Source: the human T2T-CHM13v2.0 reference genome, Homo sapiens
Reading direction: 5' to 3' (one strand)
DNA: 64,000 nucleotides
Assembly: GCF_009914755.1 (NCBI RefSeq)
Contig: NC_060938.1
Below are positions 39,211 to 53,604 of this stretch, one piece after another. Below the pieces are notes generated by a model. That model did not search any database. It saw only the letters and a list, made by a program, of their open reading frames with translations, and was not told where the DNA came from. The position numbers were made by a program, and so were the translations under genes. Numbering within the stretch: the stretch's first letter is position 1; the number at the start of each line of letters is the position of its first letter.

Positions 39211-42200
39211 AATGTATTAATATACTAGTGGGAAAATATGATGTAATGGTTATTAAGAAATCTGCAAAAGTCATATTTTAAACCTTACTGTATACTCAAT
39301 GTGTGTCAGCAAGGGAGAGGGGAAAGAAAAAATGGGATGGGAAAAGGAGTAGTTGAATTCTGAGTTTATCCCAACCTAGATAACCCAGAAGAAAAAGCAC
39401 GAGTTCTGTTTTGTTAGATTCTGGAAAAAGTTTTTGGTATCTATGTTTTTATTCCACCTATGGCTTTACTTAAAGCAATAATTGGCTCTGATTTTGGGGA
39501 GACAAAAATCAGCACAACATGTGAATTTGCTAATTATTCTCCCTTGCTGTGGACATAGCCAGTTTCAGTTTTTGGTCCCATCCTAAGTATGACATGTCAG
39601 TGACAAATTAAATCAATTAGGCTGAGAGCTCCTAGAGGGTGAATAATAGACTGGGATAAGAGATTCTGAGGTTGCAGTAAAAACTCTGCTTCTAATTAGC
39701 CATAGGAGCTTCAGCAAGATCCTGTGCTTATCTGGCCTTTCCCTTCTTCATCTGTATAAAGCAGAGGTTGGTCGGGCTCATCTCTTAAGTTCCTTCCACA
39801 CCATGATTCCTTGCACACGCTTCCTTCAGCATTTGGACAAGAGTTGAATTTTTTTTTTTTTTTGCATATGATCAGTATGGAGATTTATGGAGATGCTTGC
39901 TTTTTCTACAGCTAAAGAGGGAAATACACACACACATTATACACAATAGCAGCGAATGAACCTTCGCCAGGCTCACACACATTTATACAGCAACAGCAGA
40001 CATAGTGACACCAGACTGCAAGTAGAGAGAGTGAGTCTGTCAATATTTACCGAGACAAAAATGGTAACGCATCCTGTTTTTCCTTCCTTCCTTCAACAAA
40101 CACGTGTGGAAGCCGTGTCTCTGCCCTGTGTGCCAGGGCCTGGGTCTAGGCACCGGAGAGAGAGAGAGCCATGAATCAGATGCAGGACCTGCCTGGAGGT
40201 TGCTCTGGGTTCCTCTGAGAGATGGACAGAATGACATAGCAGAGTGTCCCACGTGCTTTGGCCAAACACCAGGTGCTGTGGGAACTTGAAAGGGTATCAG
40301 CACCATCCCCAGCCTTGAGGCTGTCAGGAAAAACTTCTGAGCTGTGCTTCCCAATGAAATTCTGATGGACATGTAGCAAGGTGGGGTATGGTTTGCCCTG
40401 TTGCTAACTTCAAGTCACAAGGCAATTTGGATTCTATGCTTTAGTGACCTTTAAGTGGACTGCAGTGAAGTAGGAAGTAAGTGTCCAGTGCATTTCTCTT
40501 GGCTGGATTAAAACTTTCTGGGTCTCTCTCAAGGTATATGATTATCAATTAATTCCACCAGTTATCTTATTCAGCCACAGTCTAGATCAAGCCATACAAG
40601 TCCTGCAAAACACTCAGCCAGCCATAGAATAACATCTGCAGGCTCAGTCTTCCTGCTAGTCAAGGCCCCTCATCCTTGGTTGATGTTTGCAACATTGCCT
40701 CGTACTCTAAATCCTGATAAAACATGGCACATCAAATTTGGAAGCAGCTTTACCTATTTTAGTTGCAGGAGGTGCCACAGGTATTATGAAATTCATCTCA
40801 TTCAAACTGATCTGTGTGACTGAGGGTTTACAGTCAGGGGATGAGCCCCAAGATATTGGCTCCAGAGATTTTGGAATAAGACCTTGCTCTGCTACCTGTG
40901 GCCTTTGCAAGCCTCCATTTTTCCATTTGTAAATTGCAGTCGTCAGTTCCTAGTCTGGCTGCTTTCTGGGAGTGGAAAGGAAAAGCAACATGGAGCCCTG
41001 TGTGTACAACCCTCTTTGTTGAGGCTAAGAGGGCTCATTGTATACTATGAGCCTTGATTATAATGCCAGGAGGCCTGATTTCTGGTCAAGGCCTTCAAGC
41101 TTCCCTTTAACTCTTTGTCTTACATTGCCAGGCCCCTATTTCTCATCAATATACATGTGAAGTCACACCTAGTTGTAGGCCCTAGTTGATCTTTCAGTAC
41201 TCCAAGGCATAGTAGGGTATTCTGTGATTCTATCCATATCTTTGCCATTAAGGACTAACACCTCCTCTGTGTAAGTGATGTGAAATCCTTTGAAAGTGTA
41301 CGCTCACCAGAGAAATCATCATGCGGCGTCTCTGGTCTATGCATGCAGCTGTTGCTGTAATTGCTGATTTCTCATGGCCAATGCTAGACATAGAGCTGGA
41401 AAGGATATCAAATGTCCTGCAGCAAGAACAGCACTGTTTGCGCCAAGGATACTTGCCTGGGTCAGTTTGCTCTAAGGTATACATTCCCCACTCCTTGCCG
41501 GGACAAATGGGCAGCCATGGGTGGAGACATCATTATGTTTGAGACTAAGACTTAGAACTGGGACTTTGCAGAGGTGTGTCTGGACCTTGTTCCTCTAGAG
41601 CCCAGATGCAGCTTCTCTCCAAGACCACTTGTGGTAGCCTCCTGGAGCCCTCACTGTGGAAACTGAATTTCTCTCTGAACACAGGCATTCTCCTAGATCA
41701 AACATTTTGAGCAGACTAAACATCTCTGACAATAAGCCCAAAGTTTCATAGCAAAGCAATTTCACTTGGTAATTTGCTCGATACTAAATGCTTTTAGTTC
41801 TTCTAAGTTCATCTCTCACTAAATTATTTTCCCAGGACCATTCATTTTTATCATGATAAGGCTAGCGTGCCCGCACTATAATAGGACCTTTGCAAGGCGG
41901 TGCATACATTACAATGCTTTATTTTCTGTCATGGAGATTTAATCAAATTCACAAAGTTGGAGCACTATAATAGAGATTTTCAATAATATATGTTAAAAGG
42001 GTTTTTATGTGATGTCTTGCAACTTGTGAATAAAATCAGAGGGAGTGTGTGTTTGGTACTTCCACTAGATGATGAATTAACTGACCCAAGGGAGCCCAGA
42101 TAGTTCCTCCTTCTCCAGATCCATAAGTCCACATGGTCTACACTCGTTTATTTGATGAAGTTTCCAAATAGAAGTACATCTTATCACAGGATAGAAATAT

Positions 42201-43619
42201 ACATCTTTCTTTGGATTCTCTAAACTCTAAAAAAGAATATGAAATAAGCATTGATTGCAAAAGGACTCCTTTAACCATCCCCATTGCCATTTGCAACATC
42301 CGATCGATGTGGCGCTCTTGTTTGTTCTTATTTTGGGGGAAGCAGTATAATAACTCAATCGGGTTTAAAATGCCTATAATTTATTCCAAAGAGACTCACT
42401 TAATAATTAAGCTAATAGAAAATGGCCTGGCTCCCCCGTTTCAAACTGAAATGGTATCTGTGCTCATTTTTCAGAATGGCCTGTTAGCTTTATATACATG
42501 ATGCACCCACAGTTTTTCCTCACGACATACATATTTTTGTTCTCTGCCCCTTGTTACTGTTTTGTCTTATCCTATATCTTACATGTTAAAGTGATGCAAG
42601 GTAAAGAGGCACTTTTATCTTTAGGGAGGAGAGAGGAACGAGGAACTCTGGAGTGACCTACTGAAAACACTCAATACGTAAAGAGAGTGACAATCTCTTC
42701 TTGCCTATCTCCTTATTCTAGCAAAATTAAATTGCTCAAGCTATTTTCAACAGGACAGATCAGAAACTGTCACTATATTAAGCCCAACATTTTTAAGTTG
42801 TGACAACACATGTACACACAATTCCATCGATATGTACATCTTGTTTTGACACCATTAGAATGACCTCCATCAAGACATCTGAAGCTCTCACGTCGCGTTT
42901 TGTTCCTTACTTAAGTGCTTTAATACTGATTTTCCACTTACATGATCATGTAGAGAGTCACAGAATCACAGCAGACAATTCGATGTTCTGTTATTTTATT
43001 GCTTCCTTTGCAGTAATTTACTAAATACTTACTAGATTTGTACTCCATGCCAAGTGCCTTGCTCAGCTGACACCACATCAAAGCTGGGTTGTGACTATAA
43101 GTTCCCTGAGGGCAATGATTCTGCCTCATCCTAGTGATCTCTGAGCCACATCTGACTCTGCCTAAGAAGTGAATTAAGCTCAGTGAAGCTCAGTTTCCTC
43201 TCTGTGCATTGAGATAAATAATAATACATATATCCCCATAACAAAGTGGAAAATAAATTGGAAATCACAGATATCATAAAATGCTATTATAAATACTTAC
43301 AACAGATCCAAATACAGGGCTATGGACCCATAAAACAGCAGATTATGATGACAGTCACTGAAAAAAGTGTTTATTCCATTGACAAATAAGAAATTAATCC
43401 CTAATACCAAAAAGTAGGCTGTTTCAAAGGGAGATGAGATGTTCAAACTATGGCATTAAGTCCTTGATGGCAAACTCAACTGGACCACATTTTAATGGTG
43501 TGTTTTTGGTCATAGGAAACTGTCCTTTTCTTCAAGAAATTTAGCATTTAGGAAAAGAGTCAGATAAGATATTCATCCCAATCCACCCCAACTGGTGATC
43601 CTCATGCTTTTGTTCTCTC

Positions 43620-44420
<801 letters not shown>

Positions 44421-44907
44421 TCAAATATGAGTACAAATGTAATTTTGCTGGAATGATTCAGAACCAGAGTGGACAGCTCCATGGATGAGATAGAGCATTA
44501 GCCAGAATTCACGGGATGATAAAATGTATATATGTGAAATCATTCATACTGCAGGCTTGTTGACTCCAAGTACATCAGATGTGTTTCAGAATCATGCTTG
44601 ACTTTCAAACAAAGTAATCAGCCATTTTGTTTTCCAGTCCACATTGCTGTTGACCTGGGAAGATGATTTTCATACTCACACATAGAAAGTTATCAAGAGC
44701 TCCATGCCACTCACCTCTCCAACAAGGAGGGGAGATACTTCCTGGAAGAAAAATGGCAGCTGTAACAGAAAGTCTGTAGACTTCAGAATCAGATAGCCCT
44801 GCATTCAAATCCCAAGTGCTGCCCCTTGTAATGTGAACATGCCTGATTGACTCCAACTCCTGCCAGCCTTGGCATGCTCATTTGTGAACCAGAGAGAAAA
44901 CTTTCCT

Positions 44908-45202
44908 AGCCAGGCACAGTGGCTCACACCTATAATTCCAGCACTTTGGGAGGCGGAGGTGGGTGGATCACGAGGTCAAGAGTTTGAGGCCAGCCTGACT
45001 AACATGGCAAAATCCTGTCTCTACTAAAAAATATAAAAATTAGCCAGGCATGGTGGCATGCGCCTGTAATCCCAGCTACTCAGGAGGCTGAGGCAGGAGA
45101 ATCACTTGAATCCAGGAGGCCAAGGTTGCGGTGAGCCTCCAACCTGGGCGACAGAGCAGGACTCCATCTCAAAAAAATAAATAAATAAATAAAAATAAAA
45201 AA
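44908..45202 (+). mobile_element. AluS (Sg-like) with ~20-bp right-arm deletion, (TAAA)n tail
   Basis: ggatcacgaggtcaagagtttgag; ggtgagcctccaacctggg junction. Confidence 0.92.
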
Positions 45203-46388
45203 TCCTGTTCTATTAAAGTCAGCCTTCATCTATATTCCTTCACTTGGTTAACTCTTGCTCATCGTTTAAGACTGAGTCCAAAAAATCACCCCCTACCACT
45301 CTACCTACACCCACAAATGAAGATCTCTCCCAGGCTGGGCTAAGCCTCCCTACTAGGCTTGTACAGATTCTTGGGGTTATTGCTATGGGAGGGCATTGTA
45401 AGGTCGTTAACCAGTTGAATTTTTGGTAGCAGTAAAGTGTCTTCTCTCTAGCTTGATACTTTCTGGCCTAGAATAGGCACTGAAAACATATTTGCTCAAC
45501 AGAATTGAACTAACTTATAAAATCTTGGAAGTACACATTTTCAAAAACTGTAATTTGTACTCAGATCGGTGGTCTAGCATTAAGTCAGGAGTGAAAACAC
45601 CATCATTTTGAATTGGCATCACATATCTCGTCATTTCTTTTGAATATTGTTATTTTAAGCGTATGTCAGCATTTTAATTATAAGAAATGTAATGTACATG
45701 AATATTTGACAGTGCTTGATTTCATTAATAAAAAAGCACTTAGGATTAAATTGTATAGCTTGTACTTTTATTTCTCTAGAATAGATTTATAGATAGCTGT
45801 TCTGGTTTTTCTATTGTTCAGAGTTTTTAATTCATTATGTCTGTGTGTGCAAAAAAAAAAAAATCTGTAGTAAATATCTCTTGTTTGATTCTATCTCCTT
45901 AATTGCATGAGATAGTTCCTGCCTGGAACTCTAGGGATTTGTTGGAAAGAAGGCGGATCTTTAGCATCATTTAATGGATTTAATGTAAGAAGGATTTCTC
46001 AGCCTGTGAAAAGACATTCTCAGCCTTAAAGCAGGTATGTGCTGCTCCTAAAATTGAGCAGCTGTGTGAGACCCCCAGTACAGCCCCATCCAAAGTACAA
46101 GAGGTCACCTATGTCTTCGTCCTGGGGAAAGGGAAAAAAGAGTGAATGACTTTGGCTAAGTGTGGGTCCCTGAAACTGGGACTATAAACCTGAACACCTA
46201 GCACTGCATTGCACAGTACCTTGTCATAGTAAAAGCTTGCCCAATATTTGTTTAAAAGAACAAAGTTCCAATGCACCGGACAACGGGATTCTTCAGGGCA
46301 GAGGCAGATGTACCTCCACTCCTCAATGCTGCCATTTCACTTCAGCAAGTGCCATGGTTTATTTTCATGAAACTGGACTCAGAAACAC

Positions 46389-46891
46389 TGTATCTTCTAT
46401 CTGCTGCCATAACAATTCTATGTAACAAATAACCACAAACCCCAGTGGCATACAATAATAAGCAATGAGTATTTTCCAGGGGTCTCCTGGCACCGGGCAG
46501 TTCTGGGCATGTGGCTGGGCTGGTTTCTCTCAGTTGGGCTTGGGCATAAATCTTCGCCCATCCGGAGGGTATAGGTCATGACCTGACCTTGAGATGGTCT
46601 CAGCTAGGACAGCGTGGTTATACTTTGAGTGGTTTTTCTTGCTGCAGCGGGCTAACCTGGGCGTGTTCTCCTGGCAATGGTAGGGAGAGGGAGAAAGTCT
46701 GCAAAGCCTAGACCTGAACTGGCCCATCTTCGCTTCTGCCATATTCTAATGGCAATTCACAGGCTGGCCCAACTTTTATCAAGGGAATGGGAAGCAGACT
46801 CCACCCCATGGTGGGAGGAGATGAACAATCAAGTTGCAGAGGTCTGGAATCAAGAAGAGTGGAGCTCGGGGGCATTTTTGCAATCTGCCAC
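46389..46891 (-). mobile_element. MLT1H/J-type LTR
   Basis: gtaacaaataaccacaaaccccagtggcatacaataataagc...tttgcaatctgccaca. Confidence 0.75.
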
Positions 46892-47169
46892 AGTCACAAA
46901 GAAAAGCTTAGTTTATATTTTCCCATCTCATCTTTCAAAGAAAGCAGGAAGGTTTGTGAAACATTTTAGAGAGTTTTCATACAAATGGATGAGAGAAATT
47001 CAGCATGAAGCATCAGCTATCTAGAAAATTCAAGATGTGAAATGAGAACGTGCGCTTTTTTAATATAACCAATGGAATGCATGTTTACCGTATCAAATTT
47101 GAAAATTCCTAAAAGGCACGAAAAAGGAAAAGTCACCCAATTCCCAATTCTCAAAGATAATACTGTTAA

Positions 47170-47590
47170 CCTTTTTTTTTTAATCATGAAAATGTTCATA
47201 CGTGCAGAAAAGTACCCATGGGCGCTTTGCCCAGCTTTAACAGTTATGGAAAATTTGTCATTCTTGTTTCATTCTTCCTCTTCCCATTTTTTTTCTTATG
47301 TTAGAATATTCTAAAGCACTTCTCAGCTATTGTACCATTTTATTTACCAGGCATACTTCTTCAGTGTGCATTTCTAACAGCAAAGAAAAAATATACACAC
47401 TCACAAACTCACAAAACAGTGTCACAGTTACCATTATTAACAGCAATTCCTTAATATCATGGACCAGCTAGTTCATGCAATATAACTCCTGTTTGGTTTT
47501 CTCCATTGTCTCAAAAATATATACACTTTTTCCAGTAGGTTTGTTTCAATTAAGGGTCAAGCAAAGTTCACACATTGAATTTGTATTATT
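47170..47590 (-). mobile_element. Old L1 (L1MC/ME) 3' fragment
   Basis: taacagcaattccttaatatcat, ggtttgtttcaattaagggtcaagcaaagttcacacattg. Confidence 0.6.
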
Positions 47591-50500
47591 ATTATTATCT
47601 TGGCACAAACAATAATAATTTATTCTCAGGAAGCTTCGGATTGGCTGAAGTTTGGCTGATCAGGCTGGGCTCAGCAGTGACTCTGTTTGGGTTGTGACAA
47701 TTGAGGTGGTTCTGCTGCTCCCTGGAAGTCCACAGTCAGTTGTGGGGTGGGGGGTGGTCTAGAGAGGACATGTCTGAATCATCTAGATCGGAATGGAATA
47801 GAGCTCCAGAATCCATTCACAGAGTGGCATTACAGAGAGAGATCATTCACCAGATCTCAGGTTGCTCTTTCTGAACAACTGATTGGGATGGTACCCACAT
47901 GGCAAGGTGTTGTGAGGACAGAAGGATGGCATAGGTGTGACAGTGCCCAGGACGTAGTGCCGAGTCTTTCCTTTGTTTGAAGCAGGGTTCGGGAGATAGT
48001 GTTGGAGTTCTGGGTTTTCCAGTCCCTTTGTATCAACACACAGGGTGGTCCTTTGGTGGAATGTGGAGGGCCCATGAGGACCTCATTCCCAGCGCTGGTG
48101 ATCTCATGGATGAGTCTGCTGGAGACTCTCCTATTTCACCACTCTCACTCGCAGGCTGTTTTCCAGGTTTTGAGCCCCAGAGGGTTGGATGCTATGTCTA
48201 AAATGGCTTTTGTTCCTCAGAACAGAGCATATATTTCACAGGGTAAGGTCCAAGCTCAAGCTAACGCAAGGAATTTGCCCTGAAGGAACAGCTCTTGGGT
48301 GGCTCCCGAGACTTCCCCTTGCAGCCCAGATTTGCTCCCCTAACTGATGAGATGTGCCTGAGGAAGTCTGTGCAGGAGCACAGTTTATGAGTCTAACGAG
48401 TAAAAGAGGGCAAAGACACCTCCTGCCAGCTCCCTGCCTCCTGGCATTCCAAGGGTATAAACACTCACCCACCAGCAGGCACGTAGGCACTTCCTCTCTG
48501 TCCATACCTTTGACAGTCCTGACGTTCTTTGTGGAACTGCCAAAGAATGTTGCTGTACAATTAGTTCTGTTGGCAGGACCTGCATCCCAGACTTCTGTGC
48601 TTGCCTATTCTTGGCAGCAAGGAACTTCCCCAGGTTAGAATGAAGCACCAGGGGCCCTGGATCACAAAAGTTTACCAAGCTGGGGAGGGGAGTGGGCCCA
48701 TGGATGGTAGATGGTTTGACCCTTCAGTGGCAAAAACTGCTCCACAGTATGGTAATCTCCTGCTTATCAAGGCATTGGAAAACTGAATTTCCTGTTGTAT
48801 CTCATAATCTTCTTTAAGTAGGCTCATAGGAGACTCAACCAATCTATTTATTTACTACAAAATGTGTTGAGTATCCTTTTGCAAGGTATAGGGCTAAGAT
48901 ACTGAAACAATCCCTTACCCCTGCAAGAGCCCCCGATCTGGTAGCAAGTGGTAGAAGTCATCAATTTCTACAGAGTACAATAACAAGGATGTGGGGGGTG
49001 GGGTTGTGCATCTCTGCAAAAGTCCTTTGGGAACAGAGAAGTGGGACACCTAACCTGGAATGGAATACGCAGAAGTGGCGTACCAATAGGAAGAGGAAAA
49101 TCCTCACTTGAAATTTAAGAATGAAGAAAAGTTATCCAAGCAAAGAATGGAGGGCACAGCAGGTCAGCTTAGAGAGAGGGAAGAGCATGTATACAAACTT
49201 GGGGCCAAGCAAAAGTGATGCCATCCTTTTCTGAGAATTGTGAGGAGTTCATCAAGGGAGCATGAAGTGGTAGGGAAGTTTCAAATGATTACTCTGGGAT
49301 GTAAGGTAAGGGTAGTCCAAGAAGGACTTTCTACTTTATATCAAATTGAACTCTCCTGCTGTGGATAATGAGTCTATATAACAAAGAAAGAAACCAGATT
49401 TTCCATTTAAAGTGGATTTTCCCATTTAATAAGTGAGAAAATGGAGACTCATAGAGCTTAAGTGAGTTCTAATGTCAAGTTGATATTAAGTGCAAAAGCC
49501 AGGATTTGAATATGGATTACCTCAAATGGGAAAGATTAGGTAGGCAGAACCTCATACAAAAGATTAAATACAACTGAGTAACCACCGAGTGATGGAGGAA
49601 AGATCAAATTCATTCATCAGCAATAAGACAGAAATTTAAACAATGAGCAACTATTTTAAGCCTATGAAATTAACGAGTAAAATGATAGGTTTCAATGGAA
49701 CAAACATCCTCGTGCATTAGCGATGGCAATATACTAGGTGTCACCCTTCTGGAAAGCAATTTGGCAAACGCGTTAAAAGTCTTAAATATATTTATTCTTT
49801 GACTCTCAAGGAAGTCATCTGAGATGAGAGGGAGAAAAAGAGAAAAATCACAATCTGTGCATGGAAGCCTCATGGCAATGTGATTTAGAGCATAAAGTTG
49901 GAAATGAAATATTTTTAAATTGAAGATAATTTAAGAAAATTTTTCACATCTGCAAAATAAAATATTTTGCAGCTAACTTTGGTTGTGAAGACTTTTAATA
50001 ATATGATATGGCAGTAGACGTGTAATATAGGTGGCCAATGCAGGATATAAAATTAAATATAAAAGAAATGCCAAGTTGGCTTAGGGTGAGTTGGCACTGG
50101 CAATAAGATATTTAAAGTCATCTATTTGAAAACAGAGATAACAATTTCATAGTCAATAGTGGAATAAACTAAGTTTAGTTGGCAATTTATCTTGAAAAAA
50201 TAAAAATATCATTATGAAAATAAATGTATTGTGCATTACAGATTTGTATTCATACACACATATAGTTTATAATTATAAATCTGAATAAATTTTTAAGTGA
50301 GAAAAGAGTAAACATGGTGATTTGTTTTGCAATTTTTAGTTATAGAATTGATTGATAGCATGGTACAACAAGATTTATATGATATTTCACTTTTGTAAAC
50401 TGTTCATAAAGAAAGCCTTTTTTTTTTTACAAAAATACTCAAGATTTGTATTAATTTTCCCAAGGGTTTCTCAGTTCTTTCTTATTCAAACCTTGTTCAT

Positions 50501-50870
50501 TGGAAGCATGTGTTGTTATTTATTCAACAGCTGTCTATGGAGTGCCCATTGTGAATCAGGCATTTTTCAATGACCTGGGGTGGAGAAGTAACAGCAACAG
50601 CAACAACAACAAACAGACCAAGCCCTCACCCTCGCTAACATCCTAGAAAGGAAAGAAAGACATTCACTAATTGAATGAATAAATATTGCTAGAACATCTA
50701 TGTCTACTATGTTCCATAGCACACTGCTAGGTGCTTGGAATTTATCAGAGAACAAAAAAAGACAAAGATATCAGCTGTCATGAAACATCCATTCTAACAG
50801 GGCCAAAACATAAATAAATAGAATCTAATGTATGGTGACAACTACTCTGGAAAAAAATACCATATGGTAA

Positions 50871-52053
50871 TGACGGCAGTGGCTGCAGGCTGCATCAGGG
50901 AGGCAGGGCTGGGGCTGCACAATCTATAGAGCCAGTGGGAGCCCTGCCCTGTCTGAGTTAGGGCACGAGCTCCCTGGGTGCAGTTGCAGCCACCCCAACC
51001 AAAGTGCAGACCCAGGATTCTTGCTCTAAGGAGCAGGCAAGAGCCCTACCCTCCTGGGCAGGGCTACAGCCTCCCAAACTGTGGCTGTGGATCGGAGCCT
51101 TCCTGTGCTCTTGGGGTGGGGCGCAGGATCTGCTCTCCTGGGTGCAGCTGCAACTGCCCAACCCGCAGCTGCAGACCTGGGCCTCCAGCTCCATGGAGCA
51201 GGCAGGATCCTGGGACAAGCGGGAGCCCTGCTCCTTCTGAGTTGGTGGTGTAGGAGCTCCCAGGTGCAACTGCAGCTGCTCTTCCAGGCACAGAACCCCA
51301 GCATCTCTGCAGCCTACACCCTCAGGGACCCCAGGTAGGACCCTCCCACCCATTCCCGCAAGCTCGGGGATCTGCTCTTGCTGCCTGGCCTCTCTCCGCT
51401 CAGGGCACCTGCTCTGATCTTGGAGCAGGGGTTGGGGCCGAGCCCCAGGGGCCATGAAAGGCAGCTGAAGGCAGCCAGGGAGGTCCTGAAGGTTGGGAGC
51501 TGAGCTGCCAGTCCTGCTGACCAGAGTGGGGACTCATGGTGCCTCTTCCAGGCCTGCCCATGGCCACCCATGAACCAATCACAAGCACTTCCTCCACTCT
51601 GGGGTTCATAAAAGCCCCAGGCTCAGCCAGAGCACAGGAGAGGATGGCCAGAGGAGGAGGAGAGTAGAGAGACAATGGGATGACCAGCTGCAGAGAGGAA
51701 CACTCTCTCCGCTGACAGCTGGAGATGATGGGACAACCAGCTACAGAGAGGAGCTACCTTCTCTGTCGAGAGCTGCAGAGACAACCTGCTGGCAGAAAGG
51801 AGCCACTCTCTCCAGCGCCTCCTCTCAGCTGAGAACTGAATACTCCATGCATGACCTGTCTACAGAGAGGAGCTATCCACTGCAGGTCTCTTCTGAGCTG
51901 TTGCAACACTCAATAAAGCTCATCTTTGTCTTGTTCACTTTTCACTTGTCTGCATACCTCATTCTTCTTGGATGCAGGACAAGAACTGGGCAAAGACACC
52001 ATGGCCACAGAGATTTCCAGCCAGAAAACTGACAACCCACAGATCCTGTAACA
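50871..52053 (+). mobile_element. MER52-type ERV1 solo LTR
   Basis: tgacggcagtggc start, GC-rich internal repeats, ccaatc, cataaaagcccc TATA-like motif, caataaagctc poly(A) signal, agatcctgtaaca end; 4-bp TSD gtaa (50867-70, 52054-57). Confidence 0.9.
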
Positions 52054-53567
52054 GTAAGTCTGTAATGAGACTATTGACTTATCTTTCCTACCAGATACTT
52101 ATTAATCAGTGTCTTTAGACGTAATTTGAGCCATTCTTCCAACACTTTTGTCAACTTTATGAAATTCTACATCTTTTGCAACACGTGCAAATTCATTTTA
52201 CAAATGATGTGCATCTCTTTTTCTTTTAATTGAGAAATTCAGAAATAATCTCTGGTGAATCAGTAGAAGATTGGCCAACAAGGAGGGGGACTGGCCATTG
52301 TTCAGCTCTTAAATAGAGAGGTATGTTTGAGTAATGTTATATTTTGATCAAATGTTACAAATATAACATGTGTAACATCACAAATAAAAATACTTAAACA
52401 TTTTTATTTTAGTGATGGTTTTTCTTCCCCAGGGTACCTAGGAGGCATGGGAAATGACAATATGACTATCTCTATAGGATGGGTGTGGGTGCAAAAATCC
52501 AAGCATGCTTGTATAAATCATTACTGTATACCTCATGAATGGAAAGGCAGGAAAATCATACTCCAGGTAGCTTTGGTTTCTTACCATAAATGCACCATAT
52601 ACATTTGAGATATCCATTGGTAAACAAATGACAGAAGTCTCATTATGTCCCCAGGGAAGCTCTCCAAAACTCACTGGCTTCCTTCAGGAAGTCTCCACAT
52701 TAGTGAAGATAGGCTTTCTAACCTTCTTAAAGGGAATTTCAAAAAATGAAAAAAGCCACTACTTCCAAACTATGGTAATATATAAGTTTTATCTTCAAAG
52801 GTATCCTGTTCAATTCATGGAGTGGAGGAGCAAATCCAAAGACCTCTTTTTCTTGGGGTTTAAATGCTTCTAAACAGAATAGGTACATTTTCCGCTCATC
52901 TTCCAGCTAGAGATCTGGAAGTTTCCCTTTGGTATCAGAAGATTGTTTTGCAACACTGTATTATTTTTAAAGGTGTGTATTCCTCCTCTAGGGATTGAGA
53001 GTGGAAAAAATTTATTATGTCTTAATTGGAATCATAAAATATTAAGGGAAATTAGAATAACCCCAAACTCTGTCATTTTCATATTTAAGTACACTGTAAA
53101 ATTAACAATGCTTTATGTAACTGCAAGCATTTTTTTCTTTCTTTCTTTTCTTCTTTCTTTCCAACCAATAGTGGCAGGAAACAAATAGGGAACAAGTTTA
53201 TAAGACTGTCAAATGATAAGGCAGCCTTTATTACTTCAGACATATTTTAAAAGTTTTAGGAAGTTTAGAAATGGCTGAACTGTGCACTGTAACTCTAAAC
53301 AACAAAGGAGAAATGCCAACACAGCATTAGAGTAGAGGTTGGCAAAGGGAAAGAAAGATAAGAGCTTTGGGGAAGAGAAAAAGAGAGACAAGAGCTTTGG
53401 GGAGTAAGGAGAGTGGAATACTGCAAAGTCCATCAAACGAGCACTGAACGTGATTAACCAGTTTTGTAGACAAGAAGACGATAACTTAGAAAAGCAGCGT
53501 GGTTATGAGGATACTGCTTCAAATCACGCATGCTTCTCATTTTGTCTGACAGCAATATGCCTCTCAT

Positions 53568-53570
<3 letters not shown>

Positions 53571-53602
<32 letters not shown>
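53571..53602 (+). repeat. Pure A32 tract not attached to a recognisable SINE/LINE
   Basis: Directly visible. Confidence 0.9.

Positions 53603-53604
<2 letters not shown>

Noticed and set aside
50958-51675. Dense overlapping ORFs on both strands
   Set aside because: Consequence of high GC content in the MER52 LTR; no retroviral or cellular protein similarity is visible.
53350-53405. Short tandem duplication around AAGAGCTTTGGGGA
   Set aside because: Two ~29-bp units only: ordinary local duplication, not a CRISPR-like or regulatory array.
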